Below are positions 10,594 to 20,528 of a DNA stretch of 64,000 nt, piece by piece. Every line of letters starts with the position of its first letter. Positions within the stretch are counted from its first letter, which is position 1. The notes under the pieces are model-generated. The model did no database searches. It was not told the DNA's origin and was given only the letters and a program-made list of their open reading frames with translations. The stretch is from positions 29,450 through 93,449 of the forward strand of contig CAXXSM010000004.1 of NCBI GenBank assembly GCA_963663405.2. The letters are read 5' to 3'. The DNA is from a bacterium. Lineage in GTDB: Bacteria; Hinthialibacterota; Hinthialibacteria; Hinthialibacterales; Hinthialibacteraceae. Made by a program: the position numbers and the translations under genes.

Positions 10594-10944
10594 ATGAATA
10601 ATAACGGCAGTAAAACAACAAACGCAAAATCGAACCGTAACGTTGGCCGAGGATTACGCGATATCCTGACCGAACAATCAATCTTTGATAGCAATTTCAA
10701 TGACCTGCAAGAGCATGTCAAAGCAGCACGTATCGGAGCGGCAATTCTCGAACTGATCGATATCGTCGAAGCAAAGTATCAAACTGTCATCTTCAAAAGC
10801 GTCGCCGCCTATCGCTCTGTATCAGAGCAAGAAACTACCGAAGAGATCGGACGGAAACTTTCTGAATTGGAACGTCAACGCATTCATCGTGAAACAGAAA
10901 ACCAGAAGCCAAAACGGCGATGGTATTTTCTGTATTTGCGCTAA
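10594..10944 (+). CDS. Hypothetical protein with GRGL motif and basic-aromatic C-terminal tail
   Basis: Paralog at 41216-41566; AAAGGA RBS. Confidence 0.85.
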   Translation: MNNNGSKTTNAKSNRNVGRGLRDILTEQSIFDSNFNDLQEHVKAARIGAAILELIDIVEAKYQTVIFKSVAAYRSVSEQETTEEIGRKLSELERQRIHRETENQKPKRRWYFLYLR

Positions 10945-10958
10945 TCAAATGTAAATAT

Positions 10959-11010
10959 TGGGGAGAGGAAAATGATTATCTTCTCCCCATTTCTCTTTCT
11001 TTTTTCTTTC
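10959..11010 (+). terminator. Terminator ending module copy 1
   Basis: GGGGAGA...TCTCCCC followed by a T-rich tract. Confidence 0.6.
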
Positions 11011-11333
11011 CTGGCTTAGTGAGAACTCTATCGTTCGGTCTATTCTGGCTGATTTCGTCCTTTATATCGAATAATCCATCTTTACTTTCTCGTCTTGCTT
11101 TGGTCCGATTTCATTATAAACCAATACTTGACTCGATGAGATCATGTGTGATAGATTGTAACGGATTGTTCGTATATATAAACAAGAAACTCTATGAGTG
11201 CGTTTTTTTATCAAGCGAAAGAATATTGGTAAAATTATCATTAAAGACTACTGTATATGGGACTTTAGGCAACGTCTATGAATAATGAACTTGGTTAAAT
11301 ATTTGGAAAGGAGTAACCGATTTAGATTAGGCA

Positions 11334-14300
11334 ATGAATCATAGTCTTAATTTCCCAATTGGACAACGTATAAATTTGCCTGGGCACTTCCCTGAGCCGG
11401 TCGTATTGGAATCCGTGCGCTCTATTGGAGCAGGTTACGAGTGCCGTATCCGCCTGATTGATGGCACTCCTGATGAAGCAATTCTCTCGCTTGAAGAAGC
11501 TACATCCATCTTCGGCAAGACAATTGAAATAGAAACAAAAGTAGCCACTGTGGATGCTGAAAGAATTCGTTTGCTTGTGGAATCTGCGCGAATACGCCTT
11601 GCTTATGCACATGACCGACAATTCGCTGTGAGTCTTTCTGGTATTCGAACACTCCCTCACCAGATAGAGGCAGTCTACTTGAAGATGCTCCCTCAGCCCC
11701 GACTACGCTTTCTGTTGGCCGACGATCCTGGCGCAGGCAAGACTATCATGGCTGGACTGCTGATAAAAGAAATGAAACTCCGACAAGCCATTGATCGTAT
11801 TCTAATTCTTTGTCCTGCTCCCCTCACAATACAGTGGCAGGACGAACTGCTGCGCTGGTTTGGTGAATCTTTTGATATAATTTTCTCTGCTGTTGATCAA
11901 CAGCAGCTAGTGAATCCTTGGCAACGTTGTAACCAAGTCGTTTCTTCTCTTGATTACGCAAAACAGGATGATGTACGAGAGCGTGTCTGGCAGCAGAAAT
12001 GGGATTTACTAATCATAGATGAAGCACACAAATGTAGTGCCCACACAAAACATTCTTCTACCCGTGGTGATGACACTGATAAGACCAAGCGTTACCAATT
12101 AGCTGAACGTCTTGCTGGGCAAGCTGATCATGTTTTACTACTCACAGCAACTCCACATCATGGCGATGATGACCGCTTTGCTCATTTTATTCGGTTGCTA
12201 GACAGCGATCTATTTCCTGAACCACATCGCATGGCTGACAAATCAGGAGAAATCCGCCGGGAGATTCTTCGGCTTGGACCGGAATGCCCTTGGGCGCTAC
12301 GTCGCTTGAAAGAAGATCTCAGTGACATTCACGGACAGCGTCTCTTTCCCGACCGCCATGCCCATACAATGACGTTCAAGTTAAATCGGGATGAATATCA
12401 TCTTTATAAGGAAGTGACGGCTTTCATCAACCGTTTCCTTCCTCAAGCAAGTGGACGTAAAAAAGCGAGCGTTGCGCTTGCACGCACAGTCTTACAACGA
12501 CGATTAGCTAGTTCAACTTATGCTATATGTGAATCAATCCGGCGTCGTCTCGAACGTCAGGATGATCTGCTGAAAGAACTAGAAGAATTACCCCCCAAAC
12601 AACTAGCTAAGAGACTAGCTCAGTTACAAGGCCGTTTGGATGACATGGAGCAGGACGAAGATGACTTGGACGATGAGATCCGTGACAAACTTGTCGATGA
12701 GGTTACCGCCGCTGTCGAACTAGATCAGCTCCGCGCCGAAATTGCTGCGCTTCGTGATCTACACGCCCACGCAAAGCGCGTTCGAGATCATGCGCGCGAT
12801 TCAAAACTCGCCGCCTTGAAAGAATGTCTTGAAAAAGCAGAATTTCAAGAACTAACCGATGGCCGTGGGAAGTTACTTGTGTTCACTGAACACCGTGACA
12901 CATTAACCTATATATGTGAAAAACTTAGGCAGTGGGGATATTCATCCTGCGACATTCACGGCGGTATGAATCCGCACGATCGCAAAAGGGCTCAGGAGCA
13001 ATTCCGAACCTTTAGTCAAATTTGTGTGGCCACAGAAGCGGCAGGTGAAGGAATCAACCTTCAATTCTGTCACCTTATGATCAATTACGATCTGCCTTGG
13101 AATCCAACTCGTCTAGAACAACGGCTTGGTCGAATTCACCGAATTGGGCAGGATCGGGATTGCCATGTATTTAACTTTGTTGCTAGTGATTCTGAAGAGG
13201 GGCAGCCTGTCATTGAGGGACGCATCCTGCATCGTTTATTAGAAAAGATGGACCAGATGCGTGACGTCCTGGATGATCGCGTTTTTGATGTCATCGGTGA
13301 AGTCTTGTCACTGAATAATGTAAATCTACCGGATATGCTTCGTGAAGTGGCTCATGATCCCCGGCGATTGGATGAATATCTTGACTTGATTGAGCACCTA
13401 GATCCACAGAAATTGAAGACTTATGAAGAAGCAACCGGTATAGCTCTAGCACGGGCGAACGTTGATTTTTCAGCTTTCCAACAGTCAAACGCGGAAGCTG
13501 AGGAGCGTCGCCTGATGCCTCGTTATGTTGAGCGACATTTCCTGGATAGTTGCAAAGAAATTGCTCTAAAGATTGAGCCTAGAGCCGATGGTTTATGGCG
13601 GATCCCTCATGTTTTAGCTGATCTACGCTCCGAGCGCCTTGAAGTTATCAGGAGACTTGGGAAATCTGAATCATCCTACCGAAAGGTTACGTTCCACAAA
13701 GAGCATCTTGACCAGGATCAGCACCTTGATGCTATTCTCCTTGGGCCAGGTCATCCGCTCTATGGAGCCGTTGATGAAAGGTTATCCGAAAAACTTTCAG
13801 ATTGCCTAGGTAGTATCGCCGTCTATGTGGATACTATCGCGGATCTGCCATATCGTTTGCATTTTTTTGAGATGGCCATTCGAGGTCAAGGCACTAAAAG
13901 TGAACCTCTCACGCTGAACGCTGAACTTGTAGCTGTGCGTGAAGACCTACAAGAATCTCCTCCCAACTGCTTTTCCATCGTTCCTTCTGACTGTTTGCTT
14001 GATCTCCCCGCTCATCCTAGACCACCCGCCGAGATTGGGAAATTCGATTCCACACCAGCGGCTGACTTCCTGAAGAGCACCTACCAGATGGAAGCGCGTG
14101 GCCGATGTCAAGATGAGCGACAACACTATGTAAAGGTCTGCCGAGACTATCTGATCCGCTCATTCGATGCCCGTATTCGGGCCGCTCAAGATAGGGTCAT
14201 GAGTCTCCGCTCCCGCGAGGAGACTTCCCCGGAAGTTTCACTGGCGCGACAGCGCGCCGAAAACGATCTAGCCGATCTCGAACGAACACGTAAAGAGCGC

Positions 14301-14849
14301 TTGGAGGGACTTGAACGACTTAAAGTAGCGCGGCATGGACCGGTCCGTCACATAGCAACCGCTATCGTTTTCCCACCCGGCGCGGATATCGCCGAACTCC
14401 TAACCGAGGAGATTGATCCTGATATTCGACGTCGATCTGAATTGGCTGCAGAAGACATAACCATTGCGTTTGAGGAGTCTCGTGGTTGGGAATGCGAACG
14501 CGTCGGGCATCTCAAGATCGGTTTCGATATCCGTAGCATAGGACCGGCCGATTCGCAAACCGGATACCGAGATCCTGTTACTGGTATTCGCCGTATTGAG
14601 GTAAAGGGAAGAATACAAGGGCAGCCCATAAGACTCACCACAAATGAGTGGTATAAAGCTGCACAGCTTGGCGATTCTTACTGGCTTTACGTCGTATGGA
14701 ATCCACTTGACAATCCTGATCCCAAACCGCTACGCATTCAGAATCCGGTTAAACACCTTGATCATGCAAAGAAAGAAATCGTGGCGGCGCGCTATTTTGA
14801 TATTCCGGCGGAGGCGGTGGAACAAGCAGCGAAACAGATGAATAGGTAG
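11334..14849 (+). CDS. SNF2-family helicase with C-terminal DUF3883-like nuclease (restriction-like system)
   Basis: LLADDPGAGKT, DEAH, LTATP, EGINLQ, QRLGRIHRIGQ; C-terminal GFDI...IEVKG...LTTNEW. Confidence 0.92.
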   Translation: MNHSLNFPIGQRINLPGHFPEPVVLESVRSIGAGYECRIRLIDGTPDEAILSLEEATSIFGKTIEIETKVATVDAERIRLLVESARIRLAYAHDRQFAVSLSGIRTLPHQIEAVYLKMLPQPRLRFLLADDPGAGKTIMAGLLIKEMKLRQAIDRILILCPAPLTIQWQDELLRWFGESFDIIFSAVDQQQLVNPWQRCNQVVSSLDYAKQDDVRERVWQQKWDLLIIDEAHKCSAHTKHSSTRGDDTDKTKRYQLAERLAGQADHVLLLTATPHHGDDDRFAHFIRLLDSDLFPEPHRMADKSGEIRREILRLGPECPWALRRLKEDLSDIHGQRLFPDRHAHTMTFKLNRDEYHLYKEVTAFINRFLPQASGRKKASVALARTVLQRRLASSTYAICESIRRRLERQDDLLKELEELPPKQLAKRLAQLQGRLDDMEQDEDDLDDEIRDKLVDEVTAAVELDQLRAEIAALRDLHAHAKRVRDHARDSKLAALKECLEKAEFQELTDGRGKLLVFTEHRDTLTYICEKLRQWGYSSCDIHGGMNPHDRKRAQEQFRTFSQICVATEAAGEGINLQFCHLMINYDLPWNPTRLEQRLGRIHRIGQDRDCHVFNFVASDSEEGQPVIEGRILHRLLEKMDQMRDVLDDRVFDVIGEVLSLNNVNLPDMLREVAHDPRRLDEYLDLIEHLDPQKLKTYEEATGIALARANVDFSAFQQSNAEAEERRLMPRYVERHFLDSCKEIALKIEPRADGLWRIPHVLADLRSERLEVIRRLGKSESSYRKVTFHKEHLDQDQHLDAILLGPGHPLYGAVDERLSEKLSDCLGSIAVYVDTIADLPYRLHFFEMAIRGQGTKSEPLTLNAELVAVREDLQESPPNCFSIVPSDCLLDLPAHPRPPAEIGKFDSTPAADFLKSTYQMEARGRCQDERQHYVKVCRDYLIRSFDARIRAAQDRVMSLRSREETSPEVSLARQRAENDLADLERTRKERLEGLERLKVARHGPVRHIATAIVFPPGADIAELLTEEIDPDIRRRSELAAEDITIAFEESRGWECERVGHLKIGFDIRSIGPADSQTGYRDPVTGIRRIEVKGRIQGQPIRLTTNEWYKAAQLGDSYWLYVVWNPLDNPDPKPLRIQNPVKHLDHAKKEIVAARYFDIPAEAVEQAAKQMNR

Positions 14850-14859
14850 GTTTTAGATC

Positions 14860-17503
14860 ATGAAGAAGAAATCCGTATTCAAGACTGATTTCGAATGTAA
14901 CTCGCATACTACTGATCCAGAATCTCTCTTCCGTGACCTGCGCGGTCGTTCGCCTGTAATCAGACACCTATGGTCGCATCAAGCCGACATTCTGAGGGCC
15001 TATTATAAAAATTTCAAGAATTCAAAGGACGTGGCTATCGAACTCCCAACAGGCGCAGGAAAGACACTTGTCGGATTACTCGTCGCCGAATTTCGACGAC
15101 AAGCCGACAGTGAAAGGGTCGCCTATCTGTGTCCGACACGCCAGCTCGCACGACAAGTTGGCACACAAGCGGCCATGTATGGTATCAGAGCACACGTTCT
15201 CATAGGGAAACAAAAAGATTACCCAAAGAAAGAAATTAGCGAATTCCAATCCAGCAAAGCAATTGCAATTACTACCTACAGCGCTATCTTCAACTCTAAT
15301 CCGCGCATCAATGATGCACAGGCGCTCATCCTGGACGATGCCCACTCTAGTGAGAATTACATCGCATATATGTGGTCTGTTGAGATTAATAGAAGCGATA
15401 ACGAGAGTCTCTATAAGGATATAATTGGACTATTTAAAGAAGGATTACCAGACTCCTTTTACGCTGATATTTACAATGTAGATGATACTGATAGACGAAG
15501 ATCAGATTTGATTGAGCTCGTACCTGGTATGTATGTCAGGAATTATGTCTCCGCCCTTCGAGATTTACTCGATAACGGTATAGAAGAGGATACGTCATCA
15601 TGGTATGCATGGGAAATTGTGAAGAAACACTTACACGCTTGCGGTGTTTTTATTTCGTTTAACTCGGTTTTGATTCGTCCGTTTATTCCACCTACTCTCA
15701 CTCACTCCGCATTTACTCATGCAAACCAAAGAGTCTACATGTCCGCCACCCTTGGCGCTGGAGGTGAACTAGAGCGTATCACAGGAGTAAACTCTATTAA
15801 ACGGTTGTCTATACCTCCCGGTTGGGATAAGCGCGGTAGTGGGCGGCGTCTATTCCTTGTTCCACAAGTATCGTTGTCTGATGAGGAGGCAATGGAAATT
15901 ATAAAGGGCGCTGTCACCGTTGTCGATAGAAGCCTTATACTCACTCCCAATTATTATGAATCGGAACCATTTATCAGTGAATTGAAAAGAAAAGACCAAA
16001 CTATTCTTGGGGCGAAAGACATCGAAGATTCGATCGATTCGTTTTCAAGCAAGAAGAATGCTGTTCTAATTCTATCTCGCTATGACGGCTTAGACCTTCC
16101 TGATGAAGCGTGTAGATTGCTAATCATCGGTGGATTGCCCAGCGGGATGAACCTTCAGGAGAAATTCTTATGGTCCAGAATCGCAGCATTCTCATTGCTG
16201 CGAGACCGTATACTCACACGATTTACACAAGGCGTGGGGCGTTGTACCCGTTCTGATAACGATTTCTCTGTGATCTTCGTATTAGGTCGTCCTATGGTAG
16301 ATTTCATTCTTAAGCAGGAAAACCGACGCATCCTCCACCCGGAACTTCAGGCGGAACTTAAGTTCGGAATCGAAAATAGTAGGGATAAGGAATCTGACGA
16401 TTTTATGCAACTCTTGCAGGAATTTATAGAACAAGGTGACGATTGGAAGGAAGCTGAGGGAGCGATCGTCAACCTACGAGAGCAAAGTTCTCGGTATGCC
16501 GATCCCATTTCGGAACGACTGTCCTCTATAGTCAGTGATGAGGTGTCTTACCAGTACGCGCTGTGGAATGGTAATTACGAAGACGCCTTGGTCTCAGCCC
16601 AAACTGTTGCAGACGCCCTAGGTGGCGATGAAACTAAGGGCTATAGAGGCTGGTGGTATTACCTTACAGCTGACGTTGCCCTGGCACTTCACGAAACAAC
16701 TGGAGAAGACAATTTCCTTAATAAAGCCAAAGACTGTCTCAAGCGAGCGGGTAAGTGTTGCTCCGCAATTAGCTGGTTTGCCCGTTTAATCGCGATTGGC
16801 TTCCGAAACTACTGATGCGATCGAGATAGATGAAATCACGGCTCTCGCCATTGAGAATATACGCGCAAAATTAACTGAATGGGGTACAACAGGAGAACAA
16901 TTTGAGAGAATAATCTCTCAAACAATTAAAGACCTTCAGGCAAAAGAACACAAGCAATTCCACTGCGGTTTGAAATCGCTTGGAGAAATGCTTGGTTTCA
17001 ACGCTGAGGTACCTAATGGTACCGGTGATCCAGATTGTGTGTGGTCAATCGGAAGCGATATCCACATAGTTCATGAAGCAAAATCCGACCACACGCCTAA
17101 TGATCCTATAGGGATCAATGATATACGGCAGGCCCAAAGCCATGAGGCATGGGTGCGAGAACATTGCACATGTAACAAAGAAACACAGATTTTACCAACC
17201 ATTGTAAGTCCTCGGACTATAGTAGACGAGAAGGCTCTAGTATACGCCAATTCTCTCACACATTTTCTTCCGACGCAGATGAAGGTTATCTTTGAAGAGA
17301 TCACGAATGTGATCCGTCGAGTGCGCGCCAGCGCTCCCAGCATGAGTGATGAGAAGATAATGGAAAGATTGTATCGTGATGTTAAGACCGAAAAACTGAC
17401 ACCGCACGACATCTTAAAACGTCTATCCACGGAGCCTGTAAAGAAAATGACTTCAGAAAAAAAAACAGAAAGAATGCATTGTGACCAATGGAAAAAAGAC
17501 TGA
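14860..17503 (+). CDS. Hna-like SF2 helicase with PD-(D/E)xK nuclease; split by a frameshift near 16790
   Basis: LPTGAGKT, YLCPTRQL, DDAH, MSAT, QGVGRCTR in 14860-16815; GDPDCVW...HEAKS in the overlapping ORF 16796-17503. Confidence 0.75.
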
Positions 17504-20500
17504 TTGAAGATTACCTGCCGATCAAGGCGATCAGCGCTGAGGCGTCTCGTGAGAAATCCGTTCGCAAAGGGCATATCTCCACGCTTCATCTTTGGTGGGC
17601 GCGGCGGCCATTAGTGGCGTGCCGCGCTGCTGTTTATGGGGCGTTAGTACCCGCGTCACAGTTTGTACCAGAAAATGGGCCTGATAATAAGAAACAATCG
17701 CTTGGACGTGCAAACGCAGCGAAGTTCGTTACGGAACTCTGCAAGTATCCGGGAGCGCCACATACGATTCAGAAAGCGCAGTCTCACATTCTATCTGCCC
17801 ATGCCGAACGCCTTACTCATGAATTGGTAAGGGCGAAAGAAACATCTGAGTGGCCAGGATGGGTTGAAGAATTCAAGTGGGATAGAGAAAAGGAGAAGGT
17901 TACGACTGAAGATATCGTAGAAGGCCGCGCCCCGCGTCCGCGTGTACTCGATATGTTTGCGGGCGGCGGTGCGATTCCGTTGGAAGCGTTACGTCTTGGG
18001 TGTGAAGCGTACGCTCTCGATCTCAATCCCGTTGCGCACATTATTCAGCTGTGTACTCTCGTCTACCCGCAGAAATACGGTATGCCGGATCCGAATGCCC
18101 GTGGTATGACCGGCCCTAAAGGCGCTGATGGAAAGCCAACTTGGGGTGGTCTTGCGAATGAGGTCCGTTACTGGGGTAAATGGGTACTTAAAAAAGTCAA
18201 AGCCGAAATCGGCGACCTCTATCCTCTCATTCCAGATCCTGATTTCAAAGGCCAACGCGATGTAAACCCAGGGGAATTGTTCCAGATGGACAGTGAAAGG
18301 AGTAGTGCCACCTGGATACTTGATGCCCGTCGCTTATCTCTGGACGCGCACGGTTAAATGCAAGAATCCATCATGTGGCGCTACTGTGCCATTGGTTAAA
18401 GCAGACTTGGCTCTGTAAGAAAAAGGGCCGATATGTCGCCATGAAGATGGTACCGGAGATAAATTCAAAACTGGTTCGTTTTGAAATAATCGAAGTAGTG
18501 AATGAAAAGGAAATTGGATTTGATCCATCAGTTGGATCGAAGGGAGGAAATGCTACTTGTCCTTTTTGTGGTACAGTTGCAGATAGCAACTATATAAAAG
18601 CGGAAGGTTGCGCTAAGCGAATCGGAGAACAAATGATGGCTGTCGCTTGCATCAGTCTAAGAAAGAAAGGAAAGGTTTATCTGGATTTTGATCAGTCTGG
18701 TGTCATGTCTATCATTGAAAAAGTCAATAGTCGAATTTCTAAATTATGTGCTGAAAGCGGTATAACTGTACCTGAAGAAACGATCATTACTGATGCGAAA
18801 AATAGTTGTTGGACACACTTGTATGGTCTAACAAGTTTTGGAGAGCTGTTTACTGACCGACAATTGCTTTGTTTACTTACGGTTGCAAATGCAATTCGAA
18901 AATCGGAACTACAAATAGGATACAATAGTAGTGAAGAGAAATGTAAAGCCATTGTAACTTGCCTTGGTATAATTCTTGACCGTTTGGCAGATTTTAATTC
19001 AACAGGATGTACATGGAACTACACAGGTGGAAGAGGTGTGCTTCACACGATGGCCCGTCAAGCAATCCCAATGACATGGGATTTTGCTGAGACAAATCCA
19101 TTTAATCCCAATGGGGCAAGTTGGGTATCTGGCATTCAGGATGTACCACTTTCTTTTGATGAGGCATTAAAAACAGGAAAAGTTCCTGGACGTGTAATAC
19201 GTGCAAACGCAACACATGTACCACTCGACTGTGGTGTTCTTGATGCCGTTATTACTGATCCACCGTACTACGATAATGTTCCTTATGCGGATATTTCTGA
19301 TTTCTTCTATGTTTGGCTTAAGCGAACAGTTTCTCATTTATATCCAGAGCACTTTGCATCGATTGGAACCCCCAAAAAACCTGAGGCTGTTGCTGACGCA
19401 ACAAGGCATAATGGTGATAAGAATCGTGCAACAAAAATGTACGAAGATATAATGGCTCGTTCATTCCGAGAAGCTCATCGAGTATTAAAACCTGGAGGCC
19501 AGATGCTGGTTGTATATGCACACAAAACGACATTGGGATGGGCCACTCTCGTAGATGCTTTGAGATCATCAGGATTCATTGTGACTGAAGCATGGCCACT
19601 AGATACTGAGAGGAGCGGTAGGCTTCGTGCTATGAATTCAGCTGCTCTTGCATCGAGTATTTTCCTTATTGCAAAAAAGCGGAGTGAGTTCGATGTGGGA
19701 AACTATGAAAGTGAAGTAATAAAAGAATTAGAAACTGTAATTTTAGAGCGGATCGATACACTTTGGCATCAGGGGATTTCTGGTGCGGATCTTGTTATAG
19801 CGTGTGTTGGTGCCGGGCTTCGTACATTCACACGTTTCTCTAGGGTCGAATATGCTAATGGTGAAGAGGTCCCAGCAGAAAGATTCCTAGCAGAAGTTGA
19901 AACTGTTGTATTGGAGACAATACTAAATCGTTTGTCCAAAGAAATAGGAGGGAAAGGAAATCGTCAACACAGTTTGATGGGAATAGATCCAACTACACGT
20001 TTCTATATTTTATGGCGCTATACCTATCGTTGGTCTGAGCTAGACGCAGGAGAAGCTATTGTCTTTGCCAACGGTACGCATGTAGAACTTGAAGGTCAGG
20101 GCTCACTCTCCTCTGGGGCCTGCGCATTAGTCGAAAAGAAGAAAAGTAAGTATCGATTGCGCGACTTTGAAGATCGAGGCGAGGACAAGAAACTTGGTTT
20201 GCCTATCGACGGAACAACCGCGCCACTCATCGATATCCTACACCGCTCTCTTTGGCTTATGGAGTATCGTCCCCACAAACTTACCGAGTTTCTACGAGAT
20301 AGCCGAGTAAACCGCGAACAGATGCGTCTCGTGGCCCAAGCCCTAGCTGGTCCCGCTCTTAAAGGAAGTGAGATCGGGGATATCTCGCCAACTGGTGAAT
20401 TAGCCGCTCTTGCCAAGATCACTGCAAACTGGAAAAGCGTTATTGAGGATGCCGCGCTGACACCACAAGAGCGAAAGGATCAACGTAGTGGTCAAAAGAC

Positions 20501-20528
20501 CTTGTTCGAAAAAGAGGAGAGCCAATGA
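17488..20528 (+). CDS. DUF1156 adenine DNA methyltransferase; two frameshifts near 18295 and 18400
   Basis: HLWWARRPL, DMFAGGGAIPLEA, bridging frame PVAYLWTRTVKCKNPSC, TDPPYYD. Confidence 0.9.

Larger units (their letters stand above)
5807..10944 (+). repeat. Seven-gene module, copy 1 (paralogous to 34240-41566)
   Basis: Same gene order and high protein similarity for all seven genes. Confidence 0.95.
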
